Below, one piece after another: positions 33,946-43,206 of a stretch of 64,000 nt of DNA. A program made the position numbers and the translations under genes. Position 1 is the stretch's first letter, and every line of letters starts with the position of its first letter. The stretch is from positions 1 through 64,000 of the IMG/VR virus record IMGVR_UViG_3300024999_000030; one strand, given 5' to 3'. The notes beneath the pieces were generated by a model. It was not told where the DNA came from and searched no databases. It saw only the letters and a list, made by a program, of their open reading frames with translations.

Positions 33946-35585
33946 AAGATAAAGGTTCACAATTAGCAAAAATGCTAGAGGACTTGGAGATGGCAGAGGA
34001 AGCTGAAGCTAACGACGAGTCTTCATATCCTGCTATAGCATCCAATCCAAAATCTAGACCAGCAGCACCCGATATGGCAACCTCGACTCTTCAACGTGGA
34101 ACAGTAACAAACTCTAACAATAAACATATCGCTATGGTTGATTGGATTCCAACTGTACTAGGTATTACCAGAGAAGAGCAGTTTCATAGTTATCTAAACG
34201 ATATTAATGATACTACTGATGTTTCTAATTTTACGAGTATTGATTCTCGTATTGCCTTTTGGTATACTTTATTGACCGCTAATAGATTGAAATTAGTTTC
34301 TTTTGAAACTATTAAAGATGGTAATAAAATTATCTTGAGATATAAAATCAATACCAGTGATTTTGATGATGCATGTGGCTTTTCCGACATCACAATTGAT
34401 GTATATTCTACTAATATTACTACCACTGCTAATATTAGTAACTTTATTTTAGATGAAAATGATGAAGATGATAAAAAATTAGTATTGAATAAAGTGGCCA
34501 TTAATAGTTCTGGAGTGGATGACTGTTCCGCTATCGACTTGGGCATGGCTAAAATTACTACATCTAAGGGTGATGTAGTTTATATGTGTCGTCACGTTGC
34601 TCGGGCTATGGATAGAGCAGTGTCTACTGATTGTTTTTGGTTTGAAGACCTTGAAATTGTTCGCAATGTGGGAGATATTATTTGCGGACTTTATAAGGCA
34701 TGTAGAAATAAAGAACGCACTGTCTATATTGTTGAAGGCGAAAATGAAGTTGTGCGAGACCAAGAAGGGTTTTTTATGCGAAATATTTACAAAGACATTG
34801 TGAATGATATTAAAACATTTTTGGATTCCAAATCTTTATTTAGAGAGGCGGGTATTGCTTATCGTCGTGGTTATTTAATGTATGGTCCTCCTGGTAATGG
34901 TAAAAGTCAATTAGCAAGATATCTTTTTAATGAATTTAAGGATTTTAATTTGTATGCGTATTATCATACTGAGCGTCGTAGGGGTGGATCGGTAGACGAA
35001 CGTCTTGAGAGAACTTTTGCCCTGGCAAGAGACAACGCTCCTAGCTTTTTACTTTTAGAGGATTTGGATCGTATCGTTAGTCATGGATCTGCGTCTAAAG
35101 AAGTTATTACTATTGATAGATTGTTTAATATGATGGATGGTGTTTGTTCTCCCGAAGGAATTGTTTTGTTAGCTACCTGCAACCACCCAGAAAATCTTGA
35201 TATGGCTTTACTTGGTCGTCCAGGAAGATTTGACAGGGTAATTGAAGTCGGACATCCAGATAGGGCAGAACGAGAATCTCTTATCGGATATTTATGTTCT
35301 TGTGGTGAAAAAAGTAAACTTAATGCTAAAGAAATTAAAGCTGTAGCTCAATTAGCAGATTCCACTGAAAGCTTGAGCATGGCTTATATTAAAGAATTGT
35401 ATTCTAGAGCTTTTCTTAAACAACTTAATGCGGGTAATAGAAAACTTCCTATTAGTCCTTTTGTTCTTTTGGATTTAGTCCATGAAGTTGTTGATGAAAG
35501 CAGAAATGTAGATGTAATTGCTCGCCGCACGGGATTTCGTACTAATTATGAAAACTCTGCTAGGGGCGAGGATCATACGTCGTAA
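33942..35585 (+). CDS. AAA+ ATPase (BCS1/FtsH-like ATPase domain)
   Basis: RRGYLMYGPPGNGKS, LLLEDLD, LATCNHPENLDMALLGRPGRFDR. Confidence 0.9.
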   Translation: MKDKGSQLAKMLEDLEMAEEAEANDESSYPAIASNPKSRPAAPDMATSTLQRGTVTNSNNKHIAMVDWIPTVLGITREEQFHSYLNDINDTTDVSNFTSIDSRIAFWYTLLTANRLKLVSFETIKDGNKIILRYKINTSDFDDACGFSDITIDVYSTNITTTANISNFILDENDEDDKKLVLNKVAINSSGVDDCSAIDLGMAKITTSKGDVVYMCRHVARAMDRAVSTDCFWFEDLEIVRNVGDIICGLYKACRNKERTVYIVEGENEVVRDQEGFFMRNIYKDIVNDIKTFLDSKSLFREAGIAYRRGYLMYGPPGNGKSQLARYLFNEFKDFNLYAYYHTERRRGGSVDERLERTFALARDNAPSFLLLEDLDRIVSHGSASKEVITIDRLFNMMDGVCSPEGIVLLATCNHPENLDMALLGRPGRFDRVIEVGHPDRAERESLIGYLCSCGEKSKLNAKEIKAVAQLADSTESLSMAYIKELYSRAFLKQLNAGNRKLPISPFVLLDLVHEVVDESRNVDVIARRTGFRTNYENSARGEDHTS

Positions 35586-35597
35586 TGAGGAAAGATA

Positions 35598-37157
35598 ATG
35601 ACTATTTTAATTATATTATTATCCCTATGGTGCATAGGGGACTTATCACTGTTTGTTTATTTCTTTAAATCTGGAAAAGCTGAACGAGAAGAAATATTAG
35701 CTCAAAGAGAACGATTATTTCAAGAAGAATCAAATCAACGCGCCAAGCTCAGTGAAGAAAGAGGGACCTTTTATGATGAGCAAGAGAAGTTTCATGCTCA
35801 ACTTGCACAATTAACGCTTACTGCTTCATCTATATCCGAAAGAGAAGATAATCTTAAGGAATATGGCTCTCAACTTGATAATGCTAAGTCAGAGTTAATT
35901 GATAAGTCTGGAATACTCAATATTAAAGAATTAGCTATAAGTGCTAGGGAAAAAGATTTATCAATTAAAGAAGCTTCTCTTGAGCATTTAGCAGAGGAAT
36001 ATAGAGCTAGGGTCGAACGCGCAGCGGAAATGTCTCTTTCTGAGGGCAAAGCTATTGTTTTAGCTAGTGCTAAAAAAGAAACTGAACGAGAAGTGGCAAT
36101 CCTCTTTCGTGAAGCTAAAGAAGAAACACAGCGTCTTGCAGATATTGAAGCACAGCGGATTATGACTTTAGCAATTGAACGGGTAGCTATTTCACAGGCT
36201 CCACTTAAACTTACGTCTCAAATTATTATTGCGGATGAAAACTTTCGTGGAAAGCTAATTGGACATGAGGGTAAAAATATTAAGTTATTGGAGGAGTTGG
36301 CAGGAGTTCAAGTCCTCACTAATAATGAAGACACTAAACTGCTAACTGTGTCTGCCTTTAACCCAATTTCAAGAGAATTATGTAAAAGAACTATTGAAGA
36401 ATTAATGACTACTAATTTTGTTAATCCCAAAAAAATTAAAGAGATATATGAAAAACATTCCAGCGAGTTGGAGAAGGAAATTTTGAAAACTGGTAGAGAT
36501 GCTTGTCGTGGTTTGGGACTTTCTATGCCCCATACAGAAATAGCTAAGCTTTTAGGAAAATTAAAATATCGCACTTCCTATGGTCAAAACGTACTCAATC
36601 ATTCAATTGAGGTAGCTCAATTATGTGGGGCTTTAGCTGGTGAACTTAAACTCGACATTCGGTTAGCAAAACGCGCTGGCCTACTACATGATATTGGTAA
36701 AGCTATAGATATTGAAAAAGAAGGCACTCATCCTGAATTAGGTGGGATTGCTGCTAGGAGATATGGGGAACATGAAATAGTTATTAATGCAATAGAAAGC
36801 CACCATGAAGACATAGAAGTGATTAATCTCATCTCCATCTTAGTTGCAGTTTGTGATGGTATTTCTGGTTCTCGTCCTGGAGCTAGAAGAAACAATCTTG
36901 CTGATTACGTGAAGAGAATAGAAACATTGGAAGGTATAGCATTGTCTTTCCAAGGGGTTACTCAGGCAACCGCCCTTCAAAGTGGCAGAGATTTAAGGGT
37001 TGCTGTGAATGCAGATATAGTGGATGATGCCATGTCTTCTCAATTAGCTAGTTTAATTGCTAAGCAAATTCATGATCAAATGGATTATCCAGGTAAAATT
37101 AAAGTTACAATTATTAGAGAAAAAAGAATGATTGCTTCTGCGGGTCATTCCTATTAA
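35598..37157 (+). CDS. rny: Ribonuclease Y
   Basis: N-terminal TM helix, coiled coil, KH (GKLIGHEGKNIK), HD domain (RTSYGQNVLNHS, AGLLHDIGK, IESHH, D.ISGSRPGAR), C-terminal GRDLRV...YPGKIKVTIIRE. Confidence 0.93.
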   Translation: MTILIILLSLWCIGDLSLFVYFFKSGKAEREEILAQRERLFQEESNQRAKLSEERGTFYDEQEKFHAQLAQLTLTASSISEREDNLKEYGSQLDNAKSELIDKSGILNIKELAISAREKDLSIKEASLEHLAEEYRARVERAAEMSLSEGKAIVLASAKKETEREVAILFREAKEETQRLADIEAQRIMTLAIERVAISQAPLKLTSQIIIADENFRGKLIGHEGKNIKLLEELAGVQVLTNNEDTKLLTVSAFNPISRELCKRTIEELMTTNFVNPKKIKEIYEKHSSELEKEILKTGRDACRGLGLSMPHTEIAKLLGKLKYRTSYGQNVLNHSIEVAQLCGALAGELKLDIRLAKRAGLLHDIGKAIDIEKEGTHPELGGIAARRYGEHEIVINAIESHHEDIEVINLISILVAVCDGISGSRPGARRNNLADYVKRIETLEGIALSFQGVTQATALQSGRDLRVAVNADIVDDAMSSQLASLIAKQIHDQMDYPGKIKVTIIREKRMIASAGHSY

Positions 37158-37212
37158 TATTTTACAATTCTACGGAGACTTGTGTCTCCGAGCCAGATAG
37201 AAGGAGGATACT

Positions 37213-37725
37213 ATGGCTTTATATAAGAATGTTTCAAAAATGGCGTTGAATATCAGGACTCCCAAGGCAAAATCTTTCTCGCCGGGTGAAGTATTTGATT
37301 TAGACGCTATGTTTGCAGGGATGAAAATGGCAGGTTCCGATTTGGAGCGCTACATGCACAAGGGATTAATTGTATCTGTCTCCCCCGCAGCTCAGGTCAT
37401 TAAAACGGCAGATGGAGCGGTAGTGGTGACTCCCACTAAACCTGAAGAGGGCCCATACATTCCCAAATCTGTTATGGGGACGGTAGAAAAGAGAGCAGGA
37501 GCCGCAGCCACTGTAGTCCCCCCTGAAGACATTCCTGAGGTTATTGGTCAAGATGCCGAAGGGGATGGCTTTACACCTACTTCCAATCTTAATCTCTCAG
37601 CGGATGTTTTAGCTAAGATTGAACAGGTTAAAAAAGTAATCTCCGGTGAGGTTGCAGCTCCGAAAAGTGAAATTAAAAAAAGCAAGAGCGCCCCGAAGAC
37701 AGCTAAAAAGAATAGCAAGAAATAA
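37213..37725 (+). CDS. Hypothetical virion-operon protein
   Basis: AAGGAGG RBS; CTATTAAT at 37151. Confidence 0.7.
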   Translation: MALYKNVSKMALNIRTPKAKSFSPGEVFDLDAMFAGMKMAGSDLERYMHKGLIVSVSPAAQVIKTADGAVVVTPTKPEEGPYIPKSVMGTVEKRAGAAATVVPPEDIPEVIGQDAEGDGFTPTSNLNLSADVLAKIEQVKKVISGEVAAPKSEIKKSKSAPKTAKKNSKK

Positions 37726-37749
37726 AGGCCGCGCCTCTAGGAGGTTGTA

Positions 37750-38619
37750 GTGGCAATTATAATTGAAGCTAAAGACCCCATTACAATGGAGTCTACCCCA
37801 GTAAAAACCGCAGTTTTGGGGAGTAATTGTGATTTATCTAATGATAATGTAACTATTACGCAGTCTGGCGGGTGTTGTCCAGGTTCGTCTGGTAATAATC
37901 ATCAGATTCCTGGTACTGCCCGTCAGACTGTGTGTTCTTCCTGTGGAACTTCATACCCAGTTGAAAGATCTAGAACTACTGGTGGTTTTAGTACAATTTC
38001 TTGTCCAACCTGTGGAACCGCTGCAGGGTATGTCGGCGATGGGGGAACCTGTCAATGGTATACCTGTAGTGGTTCTAGTTGTAGTTCTTGTGGCACTTGC
38101 CCAACTAAACGTATTATAGATGAGTGTGAATTAGAAATTCTCAATGATTTAATTTGTCAGATGAGGGCGGAATTGAAAGATTCCAATACTTCTTGTTATG
38201 CTTTTTCTGCTGCCGAATTGTCTGCCTTTTTAGATGCAGCTTTGTCTGAATTTAATGGTACTCCCACTTTTACTAATTTTACCTGGAAAAGTATTGACCT
38301 GAGAAGATTCAGGTTTATTATAGTTGAGGGAGCTGTATTATTAGCTCTTGGTGCTCAAGTTCTTATTGAAGCTGGTAGAGAATTCACTATTACTGAGAAT
38401 GGTATTAATTTTAATCCAGCTCAAGTTTCTGCCGCTTTGCAGAATCAATTCACGGCGAGATTTACTCAATACAAGAATGATTTACTTTTTATTAAAGATC
38501 ATTTCCGCGCTTCGCCTGCGGCTGTCCTTAATTACCAGAGTTTACTGGTTAATGATGGTATCCTTGGCAATCCCGCGATCGCGCGCCTGAGACACCTACG
38601 TCAGAGACGTATCTTTTGA
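37750..38619 (+). CDS. Putative head-tail connector/neck protein with Cys-rich N-terminal insert
   Basis: GTG start after GGAGG; C-terminal helical adaptor-like region; multiple CxxC pairs. Confidence 0.55.
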   Translation: MAIIIEAKDPITMESTPVKTAVLGSNCDLSNDNVTITQSGGCCPGSSGNNHQIPGTARQTVCSSCGTSYPVERSRTTGGFSTISCPTCGTAAGYVGDGGTCQWYTCSGSSCSSCGTCPTKRIIDECELEILNDLICQMRAELKDSNTSCYAFSAAELSAFLDAALSEFNGTPTFTNFTWKSIDLRRFRFIIVEGAVLLALGAQVLIEAGREFTITENGINFNPAQVSAALQNQFTARFTQYKNDLLFIKDHFRASPAAVLNYQSLLVNDGILGNPAIARLRHLRQRRIF

Positions 38620-38739
38620 CAACAAAGGAGATATAGGCGTATGAACAGTGTGGCAAACGCGGCAATGCCTGGAGACCATCGTGAACACAAGGTTTGTTCA
38701 GTGTGTAAAATAAAAAAGCGACACTTAAGACCGAGGAGA

Positions 38740-39387
38740 ATGAAAATGTCAATTAAGGTTATTGCAAAAAAACTTACCGGGAAGGCGAGAAAAAAACTGC
38801 CTGAATCTTCATTCGCAATTCCAGCTTCTCACCCACAAAACAAAGGCAAGAAGGACAAATTCCCGATTAATGATGAATCTCATGCCCGGAATGCAATTAG
38901 CCGAGCCAATCAGTTTTCCACTTCGCCTGATTGGTGGAGCGGCTCGGCTCAAGAGTTAGTCAATACCGTAACTAGGGCGGTTAAAAGTAAATTTCCTAAA
39001 ATTGAGATTTCTGATAAAGCCAAGAAAAAGAAAGCTAATTTATCTGAAATTTTAGATTTAATAGTAACTGCAGCCGACGAGCTTGATAACCTGGGACTAA
39101 CCAAAGAAAGTACTATACTAGATAATATCTCTCGTCTTCTGATCGCTACTGAACCTCTTAAAGTTCAGCAACCTCCCCCACCTTCTACAAATCAAGCTAA
39201 ACCAGGAACTGGAGATGTTAATCCACCACCTATTCAACAACCTGAAACAACCGATGGGAAAACTCCGATAAATGTGAAAGATTCTAAAAAAACACCATCG
39301 CTAACTACCAAACCTGGGGAGGCAGCTAAACCTGTGGAAGGACAAACTATTTCTACAACACCTCCCGCAGAAACGCCAAAGGTATAA
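38740..39387 (+). CDS. DUF6582-like head-associated protein with ADxLDxxG motif
   Basis: GAGGAG RBS; ARKKLPESSFAIP...KFPINDESHARNA; AADELDNLGLTKES. Confidence 0.6.
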   Translation: MKMSIKVIAKKLTGKARKKLPESSFAIPASHPQNKGKKDKFPINDESHARNAISRANQFSTSPDWWSGSAQELVNTVTRAVKSKFPKIEISDKAKKKKANLSEILDLIVTAADELDNLGLTKESTILDNISRLLIATEPLKVQQPPPPSTNQAKPGTGDVNPPPIQQPETTDGKTPINVKDSKKTPSLTTKPGEAAKPVEGQTISTTPPAETPKV

Positions 39388-39875
39388 TGGATAAGCGTAG
39401 GGGAGCTAGAATTATATCTCCCGCTTACGTTGGTTCTTATAGTAAGAAAGCTATAATTCAATCGATACCGACTGATGTTGAACCTAAAAATAAAAAAGAA
39501 ACACGTTCATCTAAAAAGAAATATAAAACTCAAGATAAGCTTAAGAAAATTTTAGAACAAATTTTAAAACAAAAAGCTAAAGAAGAACAAACTTTTTCGT
39601 GGTTACTGAGTCCAAGGGGCGCAAAATTACGTGTAGATATTTATTTTCCAGATATTAAATTAGCAATAGAATATCATGGTAAACAACATTCTTATTTTCC
39701 AAATGCGTTTCATAAAACTGCTGAGGACTTTAGATATGCTAATATGTGTGATGTGTGGAAAAAATCTCAACTTCAATATCACGACATTCAATTGATAGAA
39801 TTCTCATATAAAGATAAAATATCTATAGATCTGGTTCGTCGTCGACTTATCGGGTCGGGCGTGGTGATTAAATGA
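39387..39875 (+). CDS. PD-(D/E)XK/Vsr-like endonuclease
   Basis: LRVDIYFPDIKLAIEYHGKQH. Confidence 0.75.
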   Translation: MDKRRGARIISPAYVGSYSKKAIIQSIPTDVEPKNKKETRSSKKKYKTQDKLKKILEQILKQKAKEEQTFSWLLSPRGAKLRVDIYFPDIKLAIEYHGKQHSYFPNAFHKTAEDFRYANMCDVWKKSQLQYHDIQLIEFSYKDKISIDLVRRRLIGSGVVIK

Positions 39876-40051
39876 TAAAAATAAATACAATTAACGTAAA
39901 TGAAGTTCAAGATTGTGTGCAACAAGATTCTACTGTTCCTCCATCGCCCCATCGCCCCACTCCACCTTTTGTTGGAAATGTAGGTGGAATTCATATTGAT
40001 ACAATTAAACATATCACAATTCCTGAGTGTCAACATTCGTCTCAAAATTAA
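39872..40051 (+). CDS. Small hypothetical protein (59 aa)
   Basis: ATGA overlap with previous stop; below the ORF-track cutoff. Confidence 0.35.
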   Translation: MIKINTINVNEVQDCVQQDSTVPPSPHRPTPPFVGNVGGIHIDTIKHITIPECQHSSQN

Positions 40052-40113
40052 GCTATTAATAGTTTTAGTTAATTTTAAGCCGTATTGTAGTATAGTAAAT
40101 ATAGGGGAGAACA

Positions 40114-40596
40114 ATGGCGACTATAGACGATGTTTATGATCTTTTACAGAGAATAGCGGACACCGTTGGTGTTAATGATGGTTATGGTGAGGGGTACGGT
40201 GATTCAGACGCTGACGGCTATGCGGATGGTTATGGTACTTATGGAGAGGGAGCTGGATTCTCTCTATATAAAGAAGTTCTCCGTATTCAGCAAATGCTTC
40301 AATTAAATTTAGATGCGCCCATTAGTTCTCGTGAGCCAGCTCTTAAAGAGCCAGGTCGCGGCCCATATTTCATTGCTAGATATATTAAAGATGACACTTC
40401 ATCTCATAATCCAATTTACAATGCGCTAGTAGAGGCCACTTATAGTGGAACAGCTGATATTATCAGATCTACTAAAACTAATCAGAGTGGAAAATTTGTT
40501 TTATTTTTTGATGCGCAGGATCCAGTAGATGTTATAATTACATCTGATATTTATCAGGGCACTAAGTTATATGGCGTAATTCCACAACCATATTAA
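40114..40596 (+). CDS. Virion structural protein with DGYG repeats
   Basis: GGGGAG RBS; DGYGEGYG..DGYADGYG; C-terminal beta domain. Confidence 0.6.
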   Translation: MATIDDVYDLLQRIADTVGVNDGYGEGYGDSDADGYADGYGTYGEGAGFSLYKEVLRIQQMLQLNLDAPISSREPALKEPGRGPYFIARYIKDDTSSHNPIYNALVEATYSGTADIIRSTKTNQSGKFVLFFDAQDPVDVIITSDIYQGTKLYGVIPQPY

Positions 40597-40622
40597 GTGA
40601 GACTGGATTAATAGGAGTTAAT

Positions 40623-41090
40623 ATGTTTTTTTTTGCTGCTGATAATTTAGATATCGTTTTTACATTAACTTCTAATGGACAAACCATCACACCAGACCCA
40701 TATAATGTAGTAGTTTCTATATATTTAGATGGAATTTTACAAATAATGGGAAAACCGGTTTTATCTGGTCAAGTGTATCATTATGCTTTTAGTGTAGTGG
40801 ACGCAGATATTTCACCTCAATTATATAATGTATATTCTTTTGTGGTGGAAACGTTTGATGCGGGACTATCGCTTATAGCTAATGGTTCTTTTATAGTTCA
40901 TATTTCGGAGTATGACAATCTAGATTCCACTGAACTATATTTATCAAATGACTCTTCAGAAATATTTCTCGCTCCAACCATTAAAACTTACGAGGAGTGT
41001 TTAGTTGCTCAGCCTGCAAAACCCAAGATTATTGCACTGGAAACATTTAAGCAAACGGGGACAGGCTGTGACTGTCTAACTAGGTCGTAA
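40623..41090 (+). CDS. Putative structural protein
   Basis: AGGAG RBS; beta-rich. Confidence 0.6.
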   Translation: MFFFAADNLDIVFTLTSNGQTITPDPYNVVVSIYLDGILQIMGKPVLSGQVYHYAFSVVDADISPQLYNVYSFVVETFDAGLSLIANGSFIVHISEYDNLDSTELYLSNDSSEIFLAPTIKTYEECLVAQPAKPKIIALETFKQTGTGCDCLTRS

Positions 41091-43195
41091 TGTCTATTCT
41101 TTTAACATTAGATCCACCAATCAGTCCAGAAGTCATTGATCGTATTCGCATTTATAAAAGTTTATTTGTAGATGGATCATATTCGTTAGTAGCTGATTTA
41201 AATGCGAGAGATGGTAATGGTGCTTTCATAACAACATATGAGGACAGTTGTGGTCATAGGGGCTATTGGTATAAAGTTGGTTATCTTAGTAGTGATTCGA
41301 CTATAGTAGCTGGTTTTAAAATTTATAAAGAATTTAGTAATAGAGTAAATCTTTTTACTTTTCCTTCGTTGGCAACGGTCAATAATGGTCAAGCGGTTTA
41401 TTTTGGCCAAGAAGGAAGTAGAGATGAATTTGAAGCAAAACATGGCACTTTACCATCTACCGCTTTATATTATTCTGTTCCATCTTTTTTTAATACACCA
41501 AATGATCAAGCTAAATTTAATCTTAAAACTGATACCAATACCGTTATATCTGGTGTAGAAATAAATGTTTCTGATCAATCATATATTTTGTTTAATTGGA
41601 AGCCGTGCGAAGTAATATCCGACCCAGTAAGATCCTGTGCTGTCACTCCAGTCAAATTAGAATATGCATTACCAGATGTCCCCAAAGACTGGCGAGTAAC
41701 CGCTGTACACATTAAAAGAGCTGACGCAATAGATTCTACATATGAACTTATTGCAAAATTAAATGCTAAGATTTCTTATCATAATTGGCAAACATCATTT
41801 GTTGATATGGGCGGCTCAGATCAATTTTTTTATAAAGTAGCTTTTGAACTTTCTAAATGGGACGATAACAATTGTCAATCTCAAATTGTAATGAGTCAAG
41901 ATTCAGATCCAATGTCACCAATTGTTGTTGATGGTGAACATTTAGTTAAAATTGTATATAATTCTCCAATTATTAATGACCAAAGAACATCTGAAAGTAT
42001 TCCATTTAATACCTATCCTTATTGTGGATATCATAGATTTTCTCCTCACGATGTATTTTTAGGTAGAAGTGCCTCTCCATATTCTAGACCAAATGATTTA
42101 GCGCGAGGCAGTGATTGCGGTAGCCCAAATATGTTTGGTGGTCCATTAAGTATTTATGATCAAAACATTCAAAGGCAACTTATGCTTTTACAGGTCACAG
42201 GGGAAGCTGTTATTCTTTTAAGAAGAAAATGGACAGGACCTGTGTGTAAGTGTGTCGGCAAAACCGAAGAACACCCAATTAAGCAATGTGCATCTTGTTT
42301 TGGGACGGGTTTTACTGGGGGATTCGATAGGATTTACTTTAATGAAGATGCCTCTAATCCAGAAGGACGTATTTTACTTCGTTTTAATCCAACTGTTGAT
42401 GATTTAAATTTAGGTAAACAAACTGGTCTTACTGTTATTAATCAACCGACAGCATGGACAATAGCCCAACCTATTGTTAGAGATAGGGACATTTTAGTTC
42501 AATTTGATCCAATAGATAAGAATAGAGAAATTTGGAGATACGAAGTCTTAGATGTGACTAGAAACGCTTTTATGGGTGGTGTTGGTGGGGCCCAAGTTAT
42601 AAGATTGCAACGATTAGATAGATATAATAATATTGCCTATAGCGTGCCCCTTTCTGGTATTATGTTTACTGAAAAATGGGACATGGAATCTAATTTGCAT
42701 AATTCATACGGAAATAGAACCGGAGAAAAAGATCAAGCAATTAATTTAGATGCTGCGACCCCCGTTTCTAAAACCTCCACAGAAATTACTGCCCTTTTAC
42801 ATAGTTATAGTTTAAAAATTTGGGCATTTTTAAGAGCCGGAATTATTCCAGGTTCCACCATGGTATCTCAATTTGTAAAAAATGATAACACAATTATTTA
42901 TGCTAGCCTTGGAGATAAACTAACTCTTGTCCCTATAACATATGCGACTATTAATAACTATAGTTCATTACGACATGTCAGTGTGGAAATAGAGTCCGCA
43001 CTTAATAAAGATTTAACTGTGACGGCTCGATATGTTTCAGTTCCCGTTCCACCCGACTCCACTATGTATTTTAATTTGGCAGCCGGGGAAACAGATACGA
43101 TTTTAACAGATAATCGTATGTTGGTACGCGGCGGTGAATTAAGTCTTACACAATCCAGTTTAGTTAAGTCTTTAGTAATGATTTATTTAGATTAA
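41090..43195 (+). CDS. Neck/head-closure-like structural protein
   Basis: Duplicated N-terminal Ig-like module; central Q..LL..TGE.V.LL.R..TG..CxC...CxxC.GTGF.GGF. Confidence 0.6.
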   Translation: MSILLTLDPPISPEVIDRIRIYKSLFVDGSYSLVADLNARDGNGAFITTYEDSCGHRGYWYKVGYLSSDSTIVAGFKIYKEFSNRVNLFTFPSLATVNNGQAVYFGQEGSRDEFEAKHGTLPSTALYYSVPSFFNTPNDQAKFNLKTDTNTVISGVEINVSDQSYILFNWKPCEVISDPVRSCAVTPVKLEYALPDVPKDWRVTAVHIKRADAIDSTYELIAKLNAKISYHNWQTSFVDMGGSDQFFYKVAFELSKWDDNNCQSQIVMSQDSDPMSPIVVDGEHLVKIVYNSPIINDQRTSESIPFNTYPYCGYHRFSPHDVFLGRSASPYSRPNDLARGSDCGSPNMFGGPLSIYDQNIQRQLMLLQVTGEAVILLRRKWTGPVCKCVGKTEEHPIKQCASCFGTGFTGGFDRIYFNEDASNPEGRILLRFNPTVDDLNLGKQTGLTVINQPTAWTIAQPIVRDRDILVQFDPIDKNREIWRYEVLDVTRNAFMGGVGGAQVIRLQRLDRYNNIAYSVPLSGIMFTEKWDMESNLHNSYGNRTGEKDQAINLDAATPVSKTSTEITALLHSYSLKIWAFLRAGIIPGSTMVSQFVKNDNTIIYASLGDKLTLVPITYATINNYSSLRHVSVEIESALNKDLTVTARYVSVPVPPDSTMYFNLAAGETDTILTDNRMLVRGGELSLTQSSLVKSLVMIYLD

Positions 43196-43206
43196 CGGAG
43201 AGAACA

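Noticed and set aside
8583-37157. Host chromosomal DNA or a prophage boundary around kamA/rsr/rny
   Set aside because: These genes share the phage promoter motif and AT-rich composition and are interleaved with virion genes; no integrase or att site was seen.
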